A stretch of 64,000 nt of DNA from a bacterium (GTDB taxonomy: Bacteria; Zhuqueibacterota; Zhuqueibacteria; Residuimicrobiales; Krinioviventaceae), in contig CAXXFV010000023.1 in the NCBI GenBank assembly GCA_963674595.2, forward strand, positions 640,001 to 704,000. The letters run 5' to 3'. The position numbers were made by a program, and so were the translations under genes. Shown here piece by piece: positions 9,343 through 18,277 of this stretch; the first letter of the stretch is position 1, and every line of letters begins with the position of its first letter. The notes beneath the pieces were generated by a model. The model was given only the letters and a program-made list of their open reading frames with translations. It had not been told where the DNA came from and made no database searches.

Positions 9343-10648
9343 TCCGATTGTCAGACAGTTTCTAGAACTAGCGATTAAAGAAACTGATTGTACAATTACA
9401 AGTGTTGCAGATGGTAAAAGGGCGATGGATGCCGTTACAAAAGAAGATTTTGATCTGGTTTTTACAGATTTAAAGATTCCAGAGTTTAACGGGTTACAAG
9501 TACTTGAATATGTTAAAAAAATAAAACCAAAAACCAATGTGGTTGTCGGTACAGGTTATGGATCTATTGAAAACGCTGTAAAGGCAATGCAACTTGGTGC
9601 ATTGAATTATTTGACAAAGCCATATTCAATGAAAGATATCAAAGCCGCCGTTGCTAATGCTTTTAAGGATCATCGAAAAAACAAAACTCACAACATAAAT
9701 CCTTCCGAACAATTTGAAATTATTGGTGAATCTCAAACCATTCATGAAGTTAAAGCAATGGTTGCCAAAGTAGCACCGACAAAAGCTACCGTTCTTATTG
9801 AAGGCGAAACCGGTGTTGGAAAAGAGATCGTTGCTGATGCTATTCATCAAAATAGCGGTTGTCCGGATGGTCCTTATGTTAAAGTTAATTGTGCTGCGTT
9901 ACCAGATACATTAGCTGAAAGTGAACTTTTTGGTTATGAAAAAGGTGCTTTTACCGGCGCCCATGTCAGACGAAAAGGTCGTTTTGAAGAAGCTGATGGT
10001 GGTACGATATTGCTGGACGAAATTGGCGAGTTGAGCCTCCCATTGCAGGCAAAATTACTGCGTGTATTACAGCATAAATGTTTTGAACGTTTGGGAAACA
10101 GTAAAAGCATTAATGTCAAAACACGTGTAATTGCCACAACCAATCGGGATTTATGGGAAGAAGTTAAAGAAGGCCGATTTCGCAAAGATTTATATTTTCG
10201 TCTTAGTGTTGTAAAATTTAAAGTCTCTCCTCTGCGTTCTCGTCTTGAGGACGTCCCTCAATTGTCTCTGCATCTTTTAAGTAAAATTTGTGCCGAGTAC
10301 GGGTTGGAACGATTGTTATCAGAACAAGCTGTTGATAAACTTTGCAGTTATCATTGGCCTGGCAATGTTCGTGAATTGGAAAACACTCTTGAAAAGGCAG
10401 CCGTCATCGCCGAAGGTGTATACATTTATCCAAAAGATATTGATTTTATGAGTGAATATAATGAGGATAATGAAAGCATTTTTTCCGATCAGACCATTCA
10501 ACAGGTTGAAAAGCAGCTTATTATGCAAACTCTTAAAAAGTTTGATAACAATAAAACAAAAGCCGCTGACGCGCTCGGTATAACAACAAAAACTCTTCGC
10601 AACAAACTGAATGAATATGATAACAGTCAAGGGGAAGAAAATTCCTAG
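9305..10648 (+). CDS. NtrC-family sigma-54-dependent response regulator (FlgR/FleR-like flagellar activator)
   Basis: Receiver (VEDD, FTD, TG, KP), GETGVGKE, ESELFGYEKGAFTGA, LLDEIG, WPGNVREL, Fis-type HTH. Confidence 0.93.
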   Translation: MQGRGHVLVVEDDPIVRQFLELAIKETDCTITSVADGKRAMDAVTKEDFDLVFTDLKIPEFNGLQVLEYVKKIKPKTNVVVGTGYGSIENAVKAMQLGALNYLTKPYSMKDIKAAVANAFKDHRKNKTHNINPSEQFEIIGESQTIHEVKAMVAKVAPTKATVLIEGETGVGKEIVADAIHQNSGCPDGPYVKVNCAALPDTLAESELFGYEKGAFTGAHVRRKGRFEEADGGTILLDEIGELSLPLQAKLLRVLQHKCFERLGNSKSINVKTRVIATTNRDLWEEVKEGRFRKDLYFRLSVVKFKVSPLRSRLEDVPQLSLHLLSKICAEYGLERLLSEQAVDKLCSYHWPGNVRELENTLEKAAVIAEGVYIYPKDIDFMSEYNEDNESIFSDQTIQQVEKQLIMQTLKKFDNNKTKAADALGITTKTLRNKLNEYDNSQGEENS

Positions 10649-10666
10649 TAGGTGAATTTTTTACCC
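10631..10666. promoter_or_regulatory. Candidate enhancer (UAS): tandem GGAA-N5-TTCC-like sites
   Basis: GGGGAAGAAAATTCCT-AGTA-GGTGAATTTTTTACCC; same 20-bp-period architecture recurs at 57653-57688. Confidence 0.6.
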
Positions 10667-10761
10667 ATTGTTTTTTACAAAAATTGAAATTCAGTTAGAC
10701 TAGTGTTTTGTAAGTTTAATTAAAATAAGAGTTTTTGAAAGAGTAAAAAAAGAAAACAAAA

Positions 10762-10777
10762 TGGCACATGTCTTGCC
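10762..10777 (+). promoter_or_regulatory. Sigma-54 promoter of the flgB operon
   Basis: TGGCAC-ATGTC-TTGC matches the consensus TGGCAC-N5-TTGC. Confidence 0.88.
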
Positions 10778-10822
10778 TTTATTAATGCAGAGAACTAGTA
10801 TCATTAAACAAAGAGCATTGTG

Positions 10823-11233
10823 ATGTTTGACAGTATATTTGATAAATTAAACATTGATCATTTTTCCAAGTCTTTGGATTTGTCTGCTGCCCGTCAAAGA
10901 AGCATTGCAGAAAATATTGCAAATATAGCGACACCCGGGTATAGAGCCAAAGATGTTGATTTTTCCGAATTATTAAAAAAGGAAACGGCTAAAACCGATA
11001 TTCAGGGTAATGTTACTGATGAACGCCATATTGCCATCGGCAAATCAACCGGTAATAGTGACATTTCCATGATTGAGGAAAAATCGCAAATTTTGAAAAG
11101 TGGTGAAAATAATGTAGATGTTGACGTTGAGATGGTCAAATCTGCTGAAAACCAGCTTTACTATTCGGCTGTTTCCAAAACGATTGCCGGTAAGTTTAGA
11201 GCTTTACACTCAGCCATTCGTGGCAAATCTTAA
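10823..11233 (+). CDS. flgB: Flagellar basal-body rod protein FlgB
   Basis: ENIANIATPGYRAKDVDF, NNVDVDVEM; start GTG 10820 or ATG 10823. Confidence 0.96.
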   Translation: MFDSIFDKLNIDHFSKSLDLSAARQRSIAENIANIATPGYRAKDVDFSELLKKETAKTDIQGNVTDERHIAIGKSTGNSDISMIEEKSQILKSGENNVDVDVEMVKSAENQLYYSAVSKTIAGKFRALHSAIRGKS

Positions 11234-11249
11234 AAAAATGAGGTGAACG

Positions 11250-11744
11250 ATGAGTGTAGGTAATATATTTGGAGTTTTTAATATCAGTGCATCCGGTATG
11301 AGTGCACAAAGAAAAAGTTTACAAACACGAGCTGAAAACCTGGCGAATGCTGAAAGTGTTGATAAAACAACAGGTGAACCGTATAAGAAAAAAGAGGTTC
11401 AACTGTCGTCTCAATCACAAAGTAAATTTGCACAGCTTATTCAAGAGTCTCGAATTGCACTTGTTCGCCGTTCAAATATGCATATTCCCGGAATTCGTTC
11501 CGTTGAAGATTATCAACCAGAGTCTGGTGTTGCGTCAGAAATTGTCGAATCTAATGATCAGGAAACAAAGCTTATATACTCACCGGAACATCCGAATGCT
11601 AATGAAGAAGGATATGTGGAAGTAGCGGATATAGACTCTATTGATGAAATGGTTAAACTAATGGCTGCGGCCCGTGCTTATGAAGCAAATGCAACTGTAA
11701 TGAGCGCTGCAAAAGATATGTTTAAAAAGGCATTAGAAATATAA
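11250..11744 (+). CDS. flgC: Flagellar basal-body rod protein FlgC
   Basis: SASGMSAQR..NLANAES, YSPEHPNANEEGYV, EMVKLMAAARAYEAN. Confidence 0.96.
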   Translation: MSVGNIFGVFNISASGMSAQRKSLQTRAENLANAESVDKTTGEPYKKKEVQLSSQSQSKFAQLIQESRIALVRRSNMHIPGIRSVEDYQPESGVASEIVESNDQETKLIYSPEHPNANEEGYVEVADIDSIDEMVKLMAAARAYEANATVMSAAKDMFKKALEI

Positions 11745-11761
11745 GGCAAAAGGAATAGATA

Positions 11762-12127
11762 ATGAAAATAGAATCACAAGCTTATACTCCATATTTTGCT
11801 AATCGTATTGATTCGCAACTGCCCAATACAAATGGATCTCAGGCTTCACCGGCAAAAACTGATGAGGCAAAGCAAACATTTAAAGATTCGCTTGTTTCAC
11901 AAAATGTCAAAAATACAGAAAATGTTGCAAAAACAGAAACAAAGCAATATAGCCGCACAGAGATGCCTAATTCTTTAAATGAGGTTCTAACGCCTGAAGA
12001 AAAAGCAATGTTGCAACAGTTTTTTCCAAGTGATGGTTCTAAATGGGGTGTAAGTGCCTATAAAAGTGCGGATATGAATGTAAGTAAAAGTGGTTTGGTA
12101 GGAAAAAAAATAGATCTAGTTTCCTAA
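11762..12127 (+). CDS. Hypothetical flagellar-operon protein between flgC and fliE
   Basis: AAGGA RBS; tight operon spacing; LTPEEKAMLQQFFP core and C-terminal GKKIDLVS. Confidence 0.75.
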   Translation: MKIESQAYTPYFANRIDSQLPNTNGSQASPAKTDEAKQTFKDSLVSQNVKNTENVAKTETKQYSRTEMPNSLNEVLTPEEKAMLQQFFPSDGSKWGVSAYKSADMNVSKSGLVGKKIDLVS

Positions 12128-12137
12128 AGGTGTAATT

Positions 12138-12437
12138 ATGAGTTCAATAACATCAATAACACAAAATCCATTAGCTGTTAATTCTGAAGCAAAAAAAACT
12201 CAGTCAAAAAATGACGGGGATAGCTTTGGAAAACAAATCGGAAAAATTCTTAATGATGTAAATAATTTACAGCTTGATTCCGGTAAAATATCAGAACAAT
12301 TTGCTAATGGTGAAATTCAGGATGTACATGAGGTAATGATCGCCGGTGAAAAGGCAACAGTAGGTTTGGAACTTGTAATGGAAGTTCGAAATAAGCTTAT
12401 CGAAGCTTATCAGGAAATAATGAGAATGCAAATGTAA
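12138..12437 (+). CDS. fliE: Flagellar hook-basal body protein FliE
   Basis: DVHEVMIA..KA..LELVMEVRNKLIEAYQEIMRMQM. Confidence 0.96.
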   Translation: MSSITSITQNPLAVNSEAKKTQSKNDGDSFGKQIGKILNDVNNLQLDSGKISEQFANGEIQDVHEVMIAGEKATVGLELVMEVRNKLIEAYQEIMRMQM

Positions 12438-12459
12438 ACCTTAACAAATGTGATGAGTT

Positions 12460-14052
12460 ATGGCAGACTTTTTAATTAATTTCAAAAACAGAACGTTGAC
12501 CCCACTTGGTCAACTATCCTATGCCCAGCGAATAACAATGGGATTGGTAATATTATTAACGATTATCGGCACAGGTGTATTACTTAAATGGGCTACACAA
12601 CCTGATTATGCTGTGCTGACTTCTGAAATTGATCCGGCTGATGCTCAAGCTATTGTCGAAGAACTTCAGAGTAATAATGTGCCCTATAAATTAACTCAAA
12701 GTGGACGAGGCATTATGGTTCCCCGAAAAGAGGTTTATGAATGGCGTATGAAATTGGCCGCTCAGAATTTACCTGCCAGTTCTAATTTGGGTTATGAACT
12801 TTTTGATCGAAAAGAAATTGGTGTTTCTGATTTTGTTCAAAAATTGAATTTTAGGCGTGCATTAGAAGGAGAGCTGTCGAGGACAATTCAGAGTATGCCT
12901 GAAGTTAACAAGGCGCGTGTCCATCTTGTTTTTCCTGAAGACAGGTTGTTCAAAGAGGACCAGCAGCAAGCTACCGCTTCTATATTTCTTTCATTACGTG
13001 GTAGAAGAGGTTTGAACGAAAGTCAGGTTTTAGGAATTTCCAGAATGGTTGCCGGTTCGGCAGAAGGATTACGTCCTGAAAATGTTACTATTGTTGATGA
13101 GCATGGAAATATCTTGTCTAAAAATGATTCAATCGATTCTGTTTCCGGCCTTACCGATTCTCAACTACAAATTCGGCGCCGTGTAGAGTCTTATTTAGAA
13201 CATAAAGCACAGTCCATGCTGGATCGTGTTCTCGGACCCGGAAATACAATCATTCGTGTTACCGCTGATTTGGATTTCAGACGGGTGGAAAAGACAAATG
13301 AAATATATAATCCGGATAATGCTGTCGTTTTAAGTGAAGAAATTGAAAACCAAACCGTTACAGACTCTGCCAGCGGCGGTGAAAATGCCGTTGAGCATAC
13401 AATAACAAATTATCAATTAGCTAAAACAATTGAACATATAGTTGATGGAATTGGAAATATTGAAAAGCTGTCCATTGCCGTTCTTGTAAATGGACGTAAT
13501 GTAGAACGTGAAAATGATGCTGGTGAACTTGTTAACGAATATATCCCTCGTACCAATGATGAACTGACTCGCTTATCCACACTGGTAAGAAATGCCGTAG
13601 GCTTTAATATGGACAGAGGAGACCAACTGGATATTCAAAATTTGCCATTTGAAGTACCACAATGGGACCAGGAGAATAAAGTACTTGAACAGCTTGATGT
13701 TTTAACACCTTTTATGCCGATTATTCAAAAGATATTGGCTGGTTTGGCTATCATTATTGGAATATTGTTCGTTCGTTCAAAAATTAAAAAGGCCAAAAAA
13801 GCACTGGCTGAAATGGCCAAGAAAGCAGAAGAAAAGAGAGCGTTGACCGAACCAGCCGGCAGAGGTCAGGGCTTCGGCGGCGGTTCCAAATTTACTTCAG
13901 ATAAAGCTGCTGAGGAGTATCTAGACTTTGCAAACGAGTTTGAAGAAATGTCGAAACAAGGAGCCCGTCAAAAAGAAGTGTTGTCAGAGTTTGTAGTAAA
14001 TAATCCGTCAACAGTAGCTCAGTTAATTCGTTCATGGATGATGGAGGGATAG
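12460..14052 (+). CDS. fliF: Flagellar MS-ring protein FliF
   Basis: GYELFD, RALEGELSRTI, ARVHLV, two TM segments, C-terminal NPSTVAQLIRSW. Confidence 0.96.
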   Translation: MADFLINFKNRTLTPLGQLSYAQRITMGLVILLTIIGTGVLLKWATQPDYAVLTSEIDPADAQAIVEELQSNNVPYKLTQSGRGIMVPRKEVYEWRMKLAAQNLPASSNLGYELFDRKEIGVSDFVQKLNFRRALEGELSRTIQSMPEVNKARVHLVFPEDRLFKEDQQQATASIFLSLRGRRGLNESQVLGISRMVAGSAEGLRPENVTIVDEHGNILSKNDSIDSVSGLTDSQLQIRRRVESYLEHKAQSMLDRVLGPGNTIIRVTADLDFRRVEKTNEIYNPDNAVVLSEEIENQTVTDSASGGENAVEHTITNYQLAKTIEHIVDGIGNIEKLSIAVLVNGRNVERENDAGELVNEYIPRTNDELTRLSTLVRNAVGFNMDRGDQLDIQNLPFEVPQWDQENKVLEQLDVLTPFMPIIQKILAGLAIIIGILFVRSKIKKAKKALAEMAKKAEEKRALTEPAGRGQGFGGGSKFTSDKAAEEYLDFANEFEEMSKQGARQKEVLSEFVVNNPSTVAQLIRSWMMEG

Positions 14053-14055
14053 GAA

Positions 14056-15075
14056 ATGTCAGCAGATAAAGCAGCAAAGATTGGTGGTGGAGCTAAAGGT
14101 CTTAGAAAAGCAGCCGTTTTATTAATTGGACTGGGTTCATCTGCAGCTGCAAAAATTTTTTCCGAGTTAAATGATAGTGAAATTGAGGTTTTAACACGTG
14201 AAATGGCTGTGATGGATAATGTTAAATCTGATGATTTTGAAAATGCAGCTAATGAATTAAGCCAGATGCTGACGGCAAATAAGGCAATTTTATTGGGTGG
14301 AATAGATTATGCGCGTTCTGTTTTGATGGAAGCTCTGTCGCCTGGTGAAGCTGTAAAAATTATCGAACGTGTTCGAAAATCTGCTGATGCACATAATATT
14401 GGTGGACTTGGTAAACTGCATCAGGAACAGTTTGCAAATCTGTTAAGCCAGGAACATCCCCAGACAATTGCTTTCATTATTTCTCAAATTGATAACGAAC
14501 AAGCTGGAAAGGTGTTAGCACAGTTTGGTGAGAAATTAAGGAATGATGTTATTATCAGACTGGCTAAAATGAAGACAATTGACCGAAGTTTGGTTGGAGA
14601 AGTTGAAAGAGCATTGGCGTCTACCCTTGATTTACAGATTCGTCACGAAAAGGCCGGTGGTGTGGAAATGACCGCCGCCGTGTTAAACCATATCGGTCAA
14701 CAGGCAGAAAGAAGCGCTTTAAGAACTTTGGAAGAGGTTGAACCTGCCTTGGCAAAAGAAATTGAAAAACACATGTTTGTTTTCGAATTTATTTTACAGC
14801 TTGAAGATGCTGATATTCAAAAAATTCTTAAAAACGTTGATATTAAAGAATTAGCCATCTCTCTTAAAACCTCCAGCGAAGATTTGAAATTACGTATTTT
14901 TACCAATATGTCTGAAAGAGCCCGCACCATGCTTGAAGAAGAAATTGAATATATGGGCAAGGTAAGGTTGCGAGATGTAGAAACTGTTCAACAAAAAATT
15001 GCTATGCAGATCAAACAATTGGTCGATTCCGGCGAGATTGTATTGCCCACAGCAGAGGAAGATATATATGTTTGA
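14056..15075 (+). CDS. fliG: Flagellar motor switch protein FliG
   Basis: KAAVLLI, GGIDYA, EHPQTIA, MFVFE, NMSERA. Confidence 0.96.
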   Translation: MSADKAAKIGGGAKGLRKAAVLLIGLGSSAAAKIFSELNDSEIEVLTREMAVMDNVKSDDFENAANELSQMLTANKAILLGGIDYARSVLMEALSPGEAVKIIERVRKSADAHNIGGLGKLHQEQFANLLSQEHPQTIAFIISQIDNEQAGKVLAQFGEKLRNDVIIRLAKMKTIDRSLVGEVERALASTLDLQIRHEKAGGVEMTAAVLNHIGQQAERSALRTLEEVEPALAKEIEKHMFVFEFILQLEDADIQKILKNVDIKELAISLKTSSEDLKLRIFTNMSERARTMLEEEIEYMGKVRLRDVETVQQKIAMQIKQLVDSGEIVLPTAEEDIYV

Positions 15076-15709
15076 TGCGAGTATAAATATTTCACGCCCC
15101 ATTCGTTTGGCAGAGTGGATTCAGGACTTTTCAGAACTAAAGTCTGAAGATAAAGATGGCGATAAAAACTCTAAAATTAATTTCGAGCTTTTGGAAAGAG
15201 AACTATTAGTTCGCGAACAGGAAGTCGCTGTAAAACAAACAGAATTGCAGTTGAAAAATGACCTGAAAAGTTTATTGGATAATATTGACCAAAATTTAAA
15301 TGATCATATTCAGGAATCTGCAAGAAAGCTTGAATTAAATAGAGCTAATCTTGTGTCTTTGGCAACATCAATTGCCAATAAAATTATTGGCTATGAAGTT
15401 CAAACCAATCATGATGTTATTGTAAATGTTGTAGAAAAAGCGCTGCAAGACCTCGGTAATGACAATAATATCGTCATTCAGTTACATTCAGAAGATAAGC
15501 AAATACTTGAAAGTTATATGAAAAAAATGGCTTTGGTAAGTCAAAATCAAGGCTGGCAATTAGAAACAAATGATTCGTTGAATAGAGGCGGTTGCAAGAT
15601 ATTTTCGAATAACGGTTCCATCGACGCTTCTATTGAATCGCAGTTAAATAATATTAAAAATTTTCTTATAAATAATTTACCCGGCAAAGGTCCTGATTCA
15701 GATGATTAA
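15068..15709 (+). CDS. fliH: Flagellar assembly protein FliH
   Basis: Between fliG and fliI; C-terminal GGCKI..NGSIDASIESQL; start moved to ATG 15068 overlapping the fliG stop. Confidence 0.85.
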   Translation: MFDASINISRPIRLAEWIQDFSELKSEDKDGDKNSKINFELLERELLVREQEVAVKQTELQLKNDLKSLLDNIDQNLNDHIQESARKLELNRANLVSLATSIANKIIGYEVQTNHDVIVNVVEKALQDLGNDNNIVIQLHSEDKQILESYMKKMALVSQNQGWQLETNDSLNRGGCKIFSNNGSIDASIESQLNNIKNFLINNLPGKGPDSDD

Positions 15710-17030
15710 TACGGCCCTAAATACAGTATTTTTAAATCAGCTTCTTCAATCATGCAAGCCGATTAACTATTATGGCACTGTAACACGTGTTTCCGGCCTG
15801 TTGGTTGAGTCCAAGGGACCCAGCGTTTCTGTTGGTGATATTTGCTGGATTGTTACCCGAAATGGACAGAAAAAATCGGCTCAGGTTGTCGGTATGAATA
15901 ACGGGCATGTTCTGATTATGCCTTTTGAAGATACAAATGGAATCGGAATTGGATGCCAGGTTATTTCAAATCAGCAGCCGCTTAGTGTTGGTATTGGTGA
16001 AGGTTTACTTGGACGTGTTATTGATGGTTTTGGAAATCCTATCGATGGAAAGGGGCCTGTATTGGGTTTGCAACAGGTAACAATCCATCGTGATCCGCCG
16101 GCCCCTTTAAACAGGCCCCGTATCGAAGATCCATTGCAAAGTGGAATTCGAGTCATCGACAGTTTAATTACATGCGGCCAGGGACAACGTATGGGTATTT
16201 TTGCCGGTTCAGGTGTTGGTAAAAGTGTTTTATTGGGAATGATTGCCCGTAATAGTGGTGCAGATATTAACGTTATCGCCCTTATTGGCGAACGTGGCCG
16301 TGAAGTTCGTGAATTCATTGAACGAGACCTGGGCGAAGAAGGTTTGGCGAGATCTGTTGTTGTGGTTGTAACCTCCGAACAAGCTGCGGTATTAAGAATT
16401 CGTGGTGCGCAAATCGCTACAACAATTGCCGAATATTTTCGTGATCAGGGACAGAATGTGATTTTGATGATGGATTCCGTAACACGTGTTGCTATGGCTC
16501 AGCGAGAAATCGGCCTGGCAATTGGTGAACCACCCGCCACAAAAGGGTATACGCCATCGGTTTATGCGTTGCTGCCCCGATTATTGGAACGTGCCGGTAC
16601 TTCCGGGAAAGGAAGTATAACAGGATTTTATACAGTACTTGTTGAAGGTGATGATATGAACGACCCTGTTGCTGATACGGTACGATCCATTCTTGACGGC
16701 CATATTGTTCTATCTCGTAAAATAGCGGCAAAAAATCATTATCCGGCCGTTGATGTGTTGAACAGTGTTAGCCGTCTTATGTCGGATATTAGTGAAAAAA
16801 ATCATTATGAGGCTGCCTCACAGGTTCGAGATATGATGGCAACCTATGACGATGCTGAAGACCTGATAAACATTGGAGCCTATGCCAGAGGAAATAATCC
16901 ACATATTGATTTTGCTTTAGACCATATTGAAAAAATACGAAATCATCTAAAGCAGGGTATTTATGAAAAGTCTGATTTTAAGTCAAGTCTTCAATCTTTA
17001 TTGTCGATTTTTACAAATAACCAAAAGTAA
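15702..17030 (+). CDS. fliI: Flagellar export ATPase FliI
   Basis: GQRMGIFAGSGVGKS, GERGREV, MDSVTR, DGHIVLSR. Confidence 0.97.
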   Translation: MINTALNTVFLNQLLQSCKPINYYGTVTRVSGLLVESKGPSVSVGDICWIVTRNGQKKSAQVVGMNNGHVLIMPFEDTNGIGIGCQVISNQQPLSVGIGEGLLGRVIDGFGNPIDGKGPVLGLQQVTIHRDPPAPLNRPRIEDPLQSGIRVIDSLITCGQGQRMGIFAGSGVGKSVLLGMIARNSGADINVIALIGERGREVREFIERDLGEEGLARSVVVVVTSEQAAVLRIRGAQIATTIAEYFRDQGQNVILMMDSVTRVAMAQREIGLAIGEPPATKGYTPSVYALLPRLLERAGTSGKGSITGFYTVLVEGDDMNDPVADTVRSILDGHIVLSRKIAAKNHYPAVDVLNSVSRLMSDISEKNHYEAASQVRDMMATYDDAEDLINIGAYARGNNPHIDFALDHIEKIRNHLKQGIYEKSDFKSSLQSLLSIFTNNQK

Positions 17031-17036
17031 TGTGAT

Positions 17037-17480
17037 ATGAAAAAGTTTCATTTTTCTCTACAACGTGTTTTAAATGTTAAAAAGGTTTATGAAAAAGAAA
17101 AGCAAAGAGTTATGTCTGAAGCTTTACAAAAATTAAACTCTGAAAAATTAGTACTTGAAGGTATGGTTCTGGAAGAACAAGTTGCCATTCAAAAAATTAT
17201 GGAGATGAAAAAACAAAACGTTACTCCTGCCATTTTGGCCCTTTTACACCGTTCGCTCGAAGGCCAGTATGTAAAAAAGAAACGCCAGGAAAATGCTGTT
17301 ATGATGGCTGAAAACGATGTTGAAATGGCCCGTTTTAAATTGATTGAAGCACAAAAAGAGAAAAAAGTCTTTGAAAGATTGGAAGAAAAGAAAGCCCAGG
17401 AATATTTTGAACAATTGCAGCAATTAGAGCAAAAAGAACTTGATGAAATAGCATTGTTACAGCAAAGCAGAAAATTGTGA
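17037..17480 (+). CDS. fliJ: Flagellar export protein FliJ
   Basis: MKKFHFSLQRVL N-terminus, coiled coil, EQKELDE C-terminus; follows fliI. Confidence 0.92.
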   Translation: MKKFHFSLQRVLNVKKVYEKEKQRVMSEALQKLNSEKLVLEGMVLEEQVAIQKIMEMKKQNVTPAILALLHRSLEGQYVKKKRQENAVMMAENDVEMARFKLIEAQKEKKVFERLEEKKAQEYFEQLQQLEQKELDEIALLQQSRKL

Positions 17481-17487
17481 GATAGAG

Positions 17488-18258
17488 ATGGCTGAAGAAT
17501 ATGATGATGAAATGTATGATGAAGATGAAGCGGGTGATGATGAAGGTGGTGGCGGTGGAGGAAAGTGGCTTTTCCTTACCATCGCTTTAACCAGCACATT
17601 TTTCGTCCTTTTTTTCTTTATGTATTTTGTAATGATTCGAAATCATGAAGCACCGGTATCTTCTTTACCGAACCCTGTAAATTCAGATTCATTGGCCAGA
17701 ATTGATTCAGTAAAGGCAGATTCATTAAGAGAGATATTAGCGTCAGATGAAGATAAAGAATTAAATGATGATTTGTTTTCTGCCAATGATAAACTACGAA
17801 TTTTACAAATTGAAAATAGCAGACGACGCAAGGAAATAGATTATTTATGGTCAGAAATTTACAAACTCGCACAATACCAGGAAGCTAAAGAGAGTGAAGA
17901 AGAAGCCCTGAAAAATAGAACATATAATGAACTTGTTACGGCCATAAAAGACAGTTTGCGCGACGCAAAAGAAGATAGTATCCGTTATGAGCGGGAACGA
18001 CTACAACAGCTTGCAGAAAAGGAAAGGCAGCAAGAGCTTGAAAGACAAAAAGCTGATGAATCATTAATGGCAAGTGCAAAAATATACAGTGCAATGAAAC
18101 CCACTCAAGCTGCAAATATTTTGAAACAATTTGATCCGAAAATGGCGGCCAAAATTTTATCAAAAATTCGTGAGAGACAGTCAGCAAAAATAATTGAAGC
18201 AATGCCTCCCGCACAAGCAGCACAAATTTGTAAAATAATGGCCTATGGCGCAGGATGA
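17488..18258 (+). CDS. MotE/YlxF-like (MgtE N-terminal-like) membrane-anchored flagellar protein
   Basis: One TM, coiled coil, C-terminal AKIYSAMKPTQAANIL..SAKIIEAMPP; conserved position after fliJ. Confidence 0.8.
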   Translation: MAEEYDDEMYDEDEAGDDEGGGGGGKWLFLTIALTSTFFVLFFFMYFVMIRNHEAPVSSLPNPVNSDSLARIDSVKADSLREILASDEDKELNDDLFSANDKLRILQIENSRRRKEIDYLWSEIYKLAQYQEAKESEEEALKNRTYNELVTAIKDSLRDAKEDSIRYERERLQQLAEKERQQELERQKADESLMASAKIYSAMKPTQAANILKQFDPKMAAKILSKIRERQSAKIIEAMPPAQAAQICKIMAYGAG

Positions 18259-18277
18259 TTAAAAGAATAATATAGGA

